Part shown: positions 25,800-36,940 of the stretch, in pieces
How positions within the stretch are numbered: the first letter of the stretch is position 1
Layout: the number at the start of each line of letters is the position of its first letter
Origin: Somniosus microcephalus
Taxonomy: Eukaryota
Reading direction: 5' to 3'
NCBI GenBank assembly: GCA_052327205.1
Contig: CM126204.1
Location: 261,516,001-261,580,000, forward strand
DNA length: 64,000 nucleotides
Translations under genes and position numbers: made by a program
The notes under the pieces: model-generated
What the model was told of the DNA's origin: nothing
Databases searched by the model: none
What the model saw: only the letters and a program-made list of their open reading frames with translations

Positions 25800-28143
25800 A
25801 ATAGTGCAGTCAAAATGCTAACTGATTAACCCAAGGATTAAGATATATAAAATAATGCTAAATTATTAAGAAATTCATGCACATTGGGAACTGGTGGTTT
25901 ATTGAAAGTAAATCACTCATTTGCAGCAACATAACTCACAAGGCTTGTGGACTTCCTATACACCATCAGTCTCTAGTATATGTCCTCCATGAAACATCAA
26001 AACAGTTTTTAGGCATCTCTATGCACCCACTGAAATGTTCAGGAAACGTAAGGACAAGGATCTGTGCCACTTACTAATCTCCGATTGAGGGAGATTGGTC
26101 TCCACATTGGAAAGATATGTTCGTCACAAGTGTAGTAAAAGTGCATGAAACAGGCCCTTGTGTAACCTGTAACTGAGAGTTAAAACATTAACAGCACATC
26201 AAAGAAAGCCAAATAAAAAGGAGAGGCAATAGGAAGATTCCCTGAAAGTTTAAAGGAAATGAATCATTCATTCATCTTAATGCTGTGCAACACCCACTCA
26301 AGCTATATATGGAGAACTCTTAACAGGCAAAATAAAAAAAGTAAAGTTCTTTTATGATTAAACAAATCAAGAAAAATTTCAATGTTTTCCACTTTAACCA
26401 GAATTTAAAAAGGTACTTTACTGTATAATTTCCGGTCAAATAAGTGAAATATTCTTTAAAAAAAAATTACCTTGCAGGCCTAGAATACTTGAAGGGAGGA
26501 TTTCATTTTCAATGAGTATTAGGGTAGCACACTGTCTAACAGGCATTCCGACAGACACCACATTTATATCAATTCAGGTACAGCAAAAGACATGGTAATG
26601 TGTTGCTTGCATCAGCCTGAGTACAATGTACTATGAGGAACTCTGGGACAGCCAATGACTATGCGGATGCAGCTGCCCACACTCGCTCAGCTCCTGTGTA
26701 GGCCTAGGCACAAAGGAAGGCTGGGATTATTCAACTTTTCTCTCTGAAAACATACAATTTTTGAAGGGAAAAAAATCCAAACATAGAAATTGTTGCACTG
26801 CGCTGAATCCATTTATTAACCATTCTGCCATTAATAAGTAGATCTTGGCAGGACAGCTCTTTACCCTGTTAAGTCCTAAAATAAACTATGTTTCAGCTTT
26901 CAAAAAGGGATAGTGCAATTGCTAAAAATAATCTTTGAAACACACTTAATCAGACCCATGCTGAGTAGAACATGGGAATTTCTAGACAGGGTCCGTCTAG
27001 TTTGCCGTCTACCATCCTGGTAGTTGCACGATACAGCAAAAATGAAGATGTTGATTAATCATATGATGACCTGACTGACTGAATACTGCACTTTCAGATA
27101 AAATGAAGATACACGAATACCTCAGAGTGACTGAGGGTAACCTCATGTAACAGGTTGCATCATACACATCAACCCAGCAGCTAATCCTTCAATGACAAAT
27201 GCCAACACAACCAAACTAAGAAAGCTCCTTCCTTGCTCACAAAAGATCCAACTGAACATCAATAACTGACGCTCACGGCGCTGTTTCAGGAAATTGAGAA
27301 TAAGATCAGTCCTTCAATAACAGTTCTGCAGTGGAGTGCAATTAATTTTAAGGTGTACTGTCTTTAAGAAAAACAATGTTTGGAAAGCTTTCTCCTGTTT
27401 ATTGGAAAAGAGAAGACCCAGAAGAGGGGCTCATTCTGCTCCAACATTGTTATGTGTCACTAATGCAGTAACATATTTTGTCTTGGTTTACCTTACTGCA
27501 TCGTGTGTTTTCAATGAATCAAACAAAACAGGCTTGCCAGACATTTTTCCCATGAAGATGATATTCCTTGACAAGCTTACAAAGGCAGTGGTTAGTTTCT
27601 GTAGAACTGGCTTTCTAGGATTAGATCCTGGTATTGGTCTTCTTAACACCCATGTTTAAGCTTTGTCTACACTCAGCTGTTTTGCATTAGAGGGAGCCTT
27701 GATTTGCCCATCATTATTAGTTACTTTGCTGCATGGAACTAACACTTTTGTTCTGCATCTCAGCCTCTGCAGTCTTAGAGCAAGTTATGCCCCTATTGTA
27801 GGTCAGCTATACTTGAGCTCCTACAAAATAACGTGAATTGTATCAGTTCAGCTTTTTGCACCAGGTATTAGACCAATTGGAGATATTTTCAAACCATTTG
27901 GCTTTCCCATTGGCTGCAGTTGTAACTGATGTCAGGCCAGCATTATAAGCTAAGTTTGAAAAGACACCACTTAGTTCACTCGGCCACCTTCGGGTTTCTA
28001 ATATTAGTAAAGAGTTGGCAACCGCATTAGCTTTTCTTCAGTATTAGAATTTCACCAGCAGCTGAGGACCAATGAAGAGTTGGACGTTTGGTACTAATGC
28101 ATAGAGGGCAACCTTGCCTGACTAGGGGGCGGGGGCAGTAGAT

Positions 28144-28983
28144 TAGGCTGACCATACATCCCCATTTTCCAGGGACAGTCCCCGGATTAGGTACCGTGTC
28201 CCTGGGCAAACACCGTCTCCGGAAGTGTCCCCGGTTCAGGAAACTCATCCCCGAATACAGCCATATTCATTGGCCCACTGGTCGGCAGGAGTTGGGTAAA
28301 CACGAATGTTCAGAAACCCAGGGGGGAGCTTCTCGTCCTATTCACACCCGGTTTGAGCTCAGGAACGGAATCCAGGAGCCGGTTGAATGGAGGCGATGAT
28401 GACAGCCCCGACTTCCCACAATGCAGCGTGGTGGAGAATCGGCTCCAATTATAGCTCGAGCTGCCTTGCACTCTGGGAGATTGAGTCACCTGACCCCATG
28501 TTTTGGCCAATAGTGACTGGCCGGAGGGCGGAACCTTTAAAGTGTGCGGGAGAAGCCAAAGGCGCAGTGTGAGCTGGTGAGTGAGTGGATTTATTTTACC
28601 TCACAGCTCAGTAAGGAGCATTGTGTTGTTTTTTAAGGAATAAGGCAAGCTCTAAATTATCCCACCGGAAAGAGGATTCTGAAACCTTCTGAGACAGAGG
28701 GTGTTTCACACATTATATGGAAAATCTCAGTCTATTTGGAACAGATTTAAAATTGAGAAATTAAAAGTTAGGATATTCGGGGACGAGTATAGCTGGTACA
28801 GCACTATTACCAGAACAAAAGCAAGATTCAAGATTCGGTGTAAAGTGAAAATGGTGTTGTCTCTACGTGTGTTCCACTAGCAGAAGTTCATCTTGCCGGC
28901 CTTCTTGAAAAGCGTCCTGGCTACTTTGCTGTGCTCCCACCCTGTGTGTCCCCGCATTCACTTTAGAAAATATGGTCACCCTA
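28144..28983. mobile_element. Non-autonomous hAT MITE (Blackjack-like termini)
   Basis: TIRs TAGGCTGACCATA and TATGGTCACCCTA (12/13 match). 8-bp TSD CAGTAGAT / CAGTAGAC (7/8). Subterminal GTCCC/GGGAC repeats. No transposase ORF. Confidence 0.85.
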
Positions 28984-29228
28984 CAGTAGACCACTCTGGT
29001 TCACACACTTTCATTGTAAATGCAGGTATCTGCTACATCGGCGAAGCTCACTTCAGGGGTTAGCAGCCGCTCACTGGCGCAGAAGCATTTTAAATTATTT
29101 ACTGGGTAATCCTTCACTTTGACAGAGAAAAGTTGGTGATTTGTGTTTAGTATTGGGTAGATTTGTAACAAGTTACAAATTTTCAACATTTCAGTACCGT
29201 CTTCATGTTAGTGTTGGTTCCTTTACAG

Positions 29229-29281
29229 CGGTGAATGTAACAGATCCTACACAATCAACAAATGCTGATAGCACATCATCT
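29229..29281 (+). CDS. Nested CRB3-like gene, coding exon 2: short Ser/Thr-rich ectodomain with N-glycosylation sequon
   Basis: Acceptor gttggttcctttacAG|cg and donor tct|GTaagt; 53 nt, phase 1/0. Encodes (A)VNVTDPTQSTNADSTSS with an N-V-T sequon, like the mucin-like CRB3 ectodomain. Confidence 0.8.
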
Positions 29282-30592
29282 GTAAGTTGATAGATTTAAC
29301 TTGACCTAATGTTAATATAGACTATGGTTTCAGTCTAACTCAACTTTTAAGGTACAATTCACAAAGGATTTAGTAAAAACTGCTTCTGTAACACCACAGT
29401 TTCATCTTTGAAATCTCAATTGATCTTCCAATTATCACTAATAGGATACTGTTAGATTAATACCATGATCAATGCTGCAGCTATTAAGAATCCTTTTCAA
29501 TTAAAATGAAGACAAATTAGTGCAATTATATGCATTATCCTGGTAATGCATCCATGTAGAAGTGCCACTTGAGAGAACCCAACTGCAGTTTCGAAACCTT
29601 TCGTGCTTTTGTTGTGGAAATGCTTCTGATATAGAAGGGCATGGTTTTCAATAACAAGCATTGAATTAGATACAAAAATTAATAATTCATTATGCATGAA
29701 ATATTACATTAGGCTTTAATCTAGAACTAGTCCATTGTGTGATCAGTGTTACATAACTGTGGAAGCCTGGGTCAGATGCATACAGATAAGGCAGTGAAGT
29801 TGTAGTAGTCCAGCAGATCTAGTGATAAAACAGTGGACGCCATTGCTGCTGACCTGGGCTCAAATTCTAACCTCAGTTGGCCTTTCATCTCAGCTAACCC
29901 CCCAAATAAAGAGTTTCAGCAGTTCTCAACCAGACCACCTTGTGGTTAGTGGAGTGGCCCCAATCTCAGGGGAAGGGTCGTATTGCAGCCTGGATAGCAT
30001 GCCCATCAGCTGGTATGCAGTAGATGTTGTGCTGAAAGTGGACATGGGGCGAGTCCACATTAGACCACCATCTCACCACTCTCTCACGTAAGAAAACAAC
30101 AGGAAGGCAGTTGAAATGAGGATGTAAAAGTGAATTTTTATTTTAAACAACAGGGAAGTTGTATGTATTTATAAAAGATGTAAGTTTTAAGAAGTATACA
30201 TGTAGTTGAGGGCAGTGGAAACACATGACCTGGTGGCATTGTAGTCATTGAATTATCCAGCACAGAAGGCAGCTATTCGGCCCATCGTGCCTGTGCCGGC
30301 TCTTTGAAAGAGCTATCCAATTAATCTCACTCCCCTGCTCTTTCCCCATAACCTTGCAAATTTTTCCTTTTCAAGTATTTATCCAGTTCCCTTTTGAAAG
30401 GTACTATTGAATCTGCTTCCACCGCCCTTTCAGGCAATACATTCCAGATCATCATAATTTGCTGCGTAAAAAATAAGCAAACTGAAAAAAATGAATCAAG
30501 TTGGGCTTTTAACTCATAGGCACTGGCTAGATTAAAATATGTCCCATTTGTGTGAGGCTTTCTAATAATAAAAATGCGAATTATTTTCACAG

Positions 30593-30814
30593 ACAAATCC
30601 GCCACCAAACAAAGTAAACATAGCAGCCATTGTGGCTCCCTGTGTGATTGGTGGGGTGATAGTTCTAGCTATCATTCTGACTTTTCTAATTCTAAAACTG
30701 CGTGAGAAACGTCAGACTGAAGGGAACTACAGCCCAAGCAACCAGGAGCAGACTGGATCTCGGATGGAAATGAACAATACCCTTAAACTGCCGCCAGAAG
30801 AGCGCCTTATCTGA
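30593..30814 (+). CDS. Nested CRB3-like gene, terminal coding exon: TM helix, FERM-binding motif and ERLI PDZ-binding tail
   Basis: Acceptor ttattttcacAG|aca, phase 0. Encodes [90 protein letters not shown] and [10 protein letters not shown] match human CRB3 rather than CRB1. Confidence 0.92.
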   Translation, partial: TNPPPNKVNIAAIVAPCVIGGVIVLAIILTFLILKLREKRQTEGNYSPSNQEQTGSRMEMNNTLKLPPEERLI

Positions 30815-31055
30815 TATGTTCAGGCTCTGGGACGCACAAGACTTGGGGTGTTATGGTGGAAGGAGTAGGAGAAGTCAACAGATTCCAGGTATTCCCCCTG
30901 TTACTCAACAAGTTAGGAGGAAGAGTAACGTCACGAAGCTGTGCAACTCCAAGTGTATGTGTGTGCACGTGTTTTCTTTAAACCACGGCAGCTTCAAAGC
31001 TAACCCTGTGTGGGTTATCCTTAAACTGTTTAACCGTTTTGACTCTTGTCGACAG

Positions 31056-31271
31056 GATGTGGAAACCTGGACCTCAGAGATTCTGCTGTATATTGGGTTG
31101 GTCACCGTGGCGTTGTTGCTCCTTTTCTTTCTAGTCCTCACTGCCTCCGTTGTGACCCTGAATAAAAGAGCAACGCACGGGGCGTACAGCCCAAGCCAGC
31201 AGGAGAAGGAGGGATCGCGGGTGGAGATGTGGAACATGGTGCACCCACCCCAGGTGGAGAGACTTATCTGA
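31056..31271 (+). CDS. CRB1: CRB1 canonical terminal coding exon (exon 12 equivalent): TM plus FERM-binding and ERLI tail
   Basis: Acceptor gactcttgtcgacAG|gat, phase 0; 216 nt. Encodes [71 protein letters not shown], close to human [52 protein letters not shown]. Confidence 0.96.
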   Translation, partial: DVETWTSEILLYIGLVTVALLLLFFLVLTASVVTLNKRATHGAYSPSQQEKEGSRVEMWNMVHPPQVERLI

Positions 31272-31679
31272 ATGAACCCTGAAGCTTGGCAAATCGTTTC
31301 TACGTATGGTGGTATATCATTGCTGTATGTACAGGCCGAGGATGCCATCCTATTCAGCGTGCCACAAGGAATGCTTTAGCTCGGATTGAAAGTTTTTAAA
31401 AGTGTAGTTTAAATCAATTGATTTGCCAAGTTGTTGCCTGAACAGTCCGAAATACCATTAAAAAATTGCTCCATTTTAATTCTCCCTTTCCGCAAAACTG
31501 TCAACAGAAAATGATTTACAATACAAGTATGTAATTCACGTTCTGAATATAGAACACGCACAAATACAGGAAGAAGATAAACCATTCAACTATACAGAGA
31601 TGGATGGCCCTAGCTTGGAGGTTTCAGAAAAGGTAAAATGCCCATGTAACTCCTCCTCTTCATTTAGGGAGCACTTTTA

Positions 31680-31685
31680 AATAAA
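31680..31685 (+). terminator. First canonical AATAAA after the CRB1 stop (candidate proximal polyA signal)
   Basis: AATAAA about 410 nt after the stop. Further AATAAA hexamers occur downstream (e.g. 38074-38079), so the real 3' end cannot be determined from sequence. Confidence 0.3.
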
Positions 31686-31802
31686 AACAAGATCATAGGC
31701 AATGGAGCTTTGAACTCCTCCCTGTGAAATATGGCAATAGAACCAATTGTTTATAAACATAGGAATAGTGCTAATAACTCTTATCCTTCCTTCTGTGATA
31801 GT

Positions 31803-32076
31803 GGCTTGGAGTTTGCGCTATGTTGCGATTTTTTTTCAGCACAAAAGATTGCGGAATTTCAAGCGCAGCTTATGTCCAGCGCAAATCAAGTTGCCGTGAT
31901 CTTTTGCACTAGTTTAAAAAACATTGCGCTAGAAGCTGACAGACTTTAAGTTTGGCGATAGGCAAATGAGTTTGAGCAGAAACTTGGAAAAAAAAAACAC
32001 GTCTCAAAACTAGCACAATTTTGGGCACAATTTGCACCCGGATTGCCGATTGCGCCCAAAGTGGAAACTCTACCCC
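31803..32076. mobile_element. Small MITE-like element downstream of the CRB1 stop
   Basis: Imperfect inverted ends ggcttggagtttgcgct and aagtggaaactctacccc; CpG-rich relative to the flanks. Confidence 0.45.
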
Positions 32077-33566
32077 AGTGTCTTTACTTCTGCACAATTC
32101 TAATCTTTAGTTTTGTAAACTGCTGAATCTAAACAAACTACAAGTACCATTTCTTGCTCATTATCACAACAAAGCAGTACACCGTAACCAATATATTTCA
32201 GCTGGACAAAATATCAGTCTCTTTATGTATGACTGTCTTTCCTAATGTGACCCAGTTATGTCACAAAGTTTCTAACACATGGCTAATGGCAGTTCTGGTC
32301 ACCACCAGGACCTAGAGCGACCACCTTAACCCTTTCCTTCTTTGGGAGACTCTGCTCACCAAAAGAAGTCAAACCCTTCCTTTTCTAATGAAGACAGAGG
32401 TGAAGCTCGGACAGAGTTTAATCCCGAGCCACAATTTTAATCCAAGCCGCCCGGCAGGAGCATTCCATGGAGCATAAAGTCGGGTGGGGTGTAAAACAGG
32501 CGTCCGACACCAACCCACCCTTTTTTCGCCGAGCCTCAGGTTAAAACCAGGGCTCTAGTCTCTTAAAAGAGATGGGAAAACTTCTTGCTTAAATATTTTT
32601 ACTAACAATATTACAAAGTAACTATGCCCAGAGAAGGTATTTTTTGAATCTGATGAAATAAACTGTTCTAGTTACGCAAACTATTTCATTAGTTTCAAAC
32701 TAATTCTTTAAAGAAATCAAAGCTCGGTTAATATTATAGGAATAAAGCTTTTGTGAAGTGAAGGGTTTCTACCTGGAATGTTAATCCAGATTTTCTCTTT
32801 TCAGATGCTGTTTATTTCCAGCATTTTCTGTTCTTATTTCAGATTCCTAGTGTTTACCATTAGTCATTCTTTTTAACTCTGAATTTTTACTGACACCAGT
32901 TTTAACCTATATTGGGACAGATCTGAAGAAAAGTACAATTAATAGGGCAAAAAGGAAATTGCTGTCTAATGAATGGAATGAGGATAATTTTTGCCAGATT
33001 ATGTATTTTAAACATGTATTTTCAAAATCTCCTCTCACCACTTTACCTCTTTCTGTACTGAATATACATTTCAAATTAAATATATGTTAATCATAACACA
33101 AACAAAATAAATATTTTCAGTACTCGACTAATGTTAGCATTATACAGAAAATCAGTTAAAGAATGTTTATCAATTGCTAATATTTTCTGATTTGGATTTT
33201 TTTAAATGTTATTTTCTACTCTTATGCTGAAATGTTATTGTCGTTCTCAAAGGGTTAAAGGTCAACTGCCCACACTCAGATTTTTTCAGCAGCAGCAGAT
33301 GTTGGTGATAGTAAATGCCAAGAACAAATGAACATGGAGCGTGGGATCAATGTATCAATTAGAGTGTATATATTTAGAGTATAATAGAGTCATTTATAGT
33401 CAGGATTAATTCCAAAGGTGCGTGTCTGTGTAAGTTTGACTGCCATTGCCTCAGAGTGAGAAGGCAACAGTGCTGATGGTATAACACAGCTATTAAAACA
33501 AATAACAAGGCAAAACTAACTAATGATGTATAGCAGTCAAATATGATTTCCAACTTGTGCAAATTA

Positions 33567-34005
33567 CATAGAATTTTACAGCACAGAAACAGGCCATTCA
33601 GCCCAAAATGTCTGTGCCAGAGGCTATGCTCCACACGAGCCTCCTCTCACTCTCCTTCATCTCACCCCATCGACATATCCTTCTATTCCTTTCTCCCTCA
33701 TGTACTTATCTAGCTTTCCCTTAAATGCATCTGTGCTATTCGCCTCAACCACTCCATGTGGTAGTGAGTTCCACATTCTCAACACTCTGAATGAAGAAGT
33801 TTCTCCGGAATTCCCTGTTGGATTTGCTGTTACTATTTTATATTTATAACCCCCTACTTTTGGACAACCCCACAAGTGGAAACATCTTCTCTACGTCTAC
33901 CCTATTGAACCCCTTCATAATTTTAAAGACCCCTATTAGGTCACCTCTCAGTCTTCTCTTTTCCAGGGAAAAGAGCCCCAACCAGTTCAGTCTTTCCTGA
34001 TAGTA
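33567..34005 (-). mobile_element. CR1-clade LINE 3' fragment
   Basis: LGLFSLEKRRLRGDLIGVFKIMKG and MWNSLP motifs on minus; homologous to 10490-10935. Confidence 0.85.
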
Positions 34006-36711
34006 TGTCCTCTCAATTCTTTTGGCTAAATTGACAATCTCACTCAAGGGGACCACAAGCATGGCTGGTGTGAGAACTGGAATTGTCCACCTGGAAACAT
34101 CAGAGGAGAGGGTGAAGAGAGAGCACTCTACTGAGTTTGGGCCAGAGCAGAGGAATTGTTACTCAGCATCTAGCTTTTCTGTACGTGAGCTGGGGGTGTT
34201 TGATGTTGACATTGGGAGATAAAAGTGAAAAAGTCTTCCATTTACTAAACACAAAAGAAAAAAAATCATAAAGTTGAAATTTTAGAAGTATGCAGTGGAC
34301 GCACCTACATATTTGTTTGACATGAATTCAAGAGTATTTAGGGTACTGCAAACTAAATGTAACATGGGCCACAAAGAAAATGAAACTAGACAGTGAGCAA
34401 GTCTTGATCCTGAATGATAGTACTCACAACAGCCATAAAATCAATGATGCCATCTATTTTGTCACAAGATTTTGTTCTTCAGATATAAATAGGCTAATTT
34501 AAAAGGTTATAATCTTGTGAATTAATTCAAAGAATTAGCACATTTTTGGAGAGGACCATGTTCTTGACAAAATGCTTGGCAAACCTTTATTAATCAAAGG
34601 ATGATGAAATTATGTAAATCGTGTTGACGTGCACCATCGTGTCACTTGTGGGTGACATTGTGACCAAAATGATATACAACTTTTTGACGACTTGGCCTCT
34701 GCAAATAAAAAGGTATTTGACAAATGTTTTCTAAAGATAGTGGAATATAAACAGAAAATGCTGGAAACACTCAGGTGGTCAGGCAGCATCTGTGGAGAGA
34801 TGGTTCTTTAACAAAACAACTCTCTTGTGCTTTGTTTAAAATGAAACAGTTAAAATGTTTAGTTAAATTAACCAATTCCTTTATTTACAAGCAAGAAAAA
34901 ATAGGAACTTAAAATTACGTTAAAATACATCCAAATTGTTGAATTCTATATCCTAGTGTTGGGGCAGTGTTCTCACTCCTAAAACTTTCTAAGTGCGTTA
35001 GAAAACTAGGAAATGGCAAACCTGCTTGGATTCTGGTTGTAAGTGTTAACAGTATTTTAATAAATGTACCCAACGCATTGGAATGTCACTAAAAGCTTTT
35101 TGTCTTCTGTTGTGAGCTAAGTGTTTTCAATGTATTAAGTGAAAAAGAAAAATAGCTGTATGTATTAAGTGTATGATTCCTACTTATAGCACGTTACTTG
35201 TCAGTATTACAGAGGTCACCAGTTGCCTGTGACTAAATCTGGTCAACTTAGTGTAAACAATGAACAGAAGCAATTCCCAAGGTGGGGCAGGAATAAATGA
35301 GTATACTGTAAAATCACCTTGATTTTGGATTAGTGATTGCAGACTGTTCGTTTTATATTTGTTAGCTGATCATGAATAGAAAGGCATTTATTTCCACACT
35401 GATTTTCTGAATGCATTGGATTGAAAACGTAGGCCCTGAAATGAAACTGCGGGATACTAGTGTATAAATGTTTAATGTACTAGTGTCCAAATGGTTAATG
35501 TCTATTTTAGGGGAGATATAAATCTATTAAAAAAATTATACCTATGCTAAAATAACAGGAATTTCAGATGAGCAGACTAAGTGTTCAAACAGTAGGATTC
35601 CGCTGCCATAGTTTAAAGGTAAAATATATATGTTGACTTTTTGCGCGCCTTACTGGAAGATTGTGATTGTTTTAAGTTTGGTAGCTGTGCTGTTCATTGT
35701 CAATTAGTCACATTGTTCAGATATTTTTCAGTCAAGTTAGGATTTCATTAGCCTGTGGTTATACAATTTGTATAGAAAATGAAAACAGTGGGCAACTCTT
35801 TTCAATCTTTGGCAACAATTTACCAAAGCTGCAATACTATAAAACAAGTCATTTCTTGTGGCTGTTGTTCACCAGACTGACATGTTTTTGTATTTTTACA
35901 TGCTGTTCCATCAAAACTGCTCTACTGACTGATAGTAATATTGGTGTCATTTCTTCATGCATCTGGGCATAGTTTGGCACTATATTTTAACTAGTCATGC
36001 AATGTACGCAATTGAAATCAAAATCCACTATTTCCCCTAAAATGGGTGAACTTGATGAACATTATATTTTAAATAGAAATTTATACTCAACATATTTTAA
36101 ACCATTCATGAATCAGTCAGATTGAAAAATGTTCAAAACCATTGTGATTTTAGGCGCCAGGCTCTTTACTCTGATCCTATGATGCAGGGATAAAATTTCA
36201 CTATTCATTCACAAACATCAATCTTGGGGCAAGTCATCTGAGAGAATAGTTCAGCGGCGGATGGGTTGAAGGAGTATGAAAACATGAACATATGTTATGA
36301 GAAAATATTAATTATTTGGAAAACATTTCTACTGTGAATTTAACTGACACTTTGTGAAGTTATGGTCAGAATTAGCAGGGTGATAAATTCTATGTTTAAA
36401 TGTTCATTTCTATTATACTTACAAATCTGCCATGATGAGTGTTTTCACTGTAGCAGAGAAAAAGGGAATATGAAAAGAAACAAGATTTATCTATTTATGA
36501 CAGCCAGCTTCTTACTTGGGTTTTCATCTTTTTTTCTGTAGTATTATAGGGGTTGTATGGCAGTCTCTGCCCTGGGGTTACATGGTTGAATAGCACCAGC
36601 TATAGGACATAATCTTGAAGATAGATCCACTGAAATATTATTAAATTAGATGCCTTTAGTCATTTCATTTTTTTCGCTCCTAGTTTTCAGATAGAAATCT
36701 TCCGTTGTTTA

Positions 36712-36940
36712 TGGGATGTGGGTGTCGCTGGCAAGGCTAGTATTTATTGCCCATCCCTAATTGCTCTCGAGAAGGTGGTGGTGAGCCGCCTTCTTGAACC
36801 ACTGCAGTCTGTGTGGTGAAGGTACTCCCACAGTGCTGTTAGGGAGGAAGTTCCAGGGTTTTGACCCAGCGACGATATACTTTTAAGTCAGGATAGTGTG
36901 TAACTTGGAGGTGGTGTTCCCATGCGCCTGCTACCCTTGA
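36712..36940 (-). mobile_element. LINE 3' end fragment of the same family as 61263-61588
   Basis: gggatgtgggtgtcgctggc..tttattgccca..agaaggtggtggtgagcc..cttcttgaacc..tgcagtc is the reverse complement of the 61263 tail. Confidence 0.75.

Noticed and set aside
30740-30760. Possible internal donor for a CRB3B/CLPI-type alternative tail after ..QEQ
   Set aside because: The sequence reads gagcag|actgg with no GT, and I found no CLPI-like exon downstream.
30905-31348. 147-aa antisense ORF over the CRB1 tail exon
   Set aside because: Shadow of the sense coding sequence, with no recognisable motifs.
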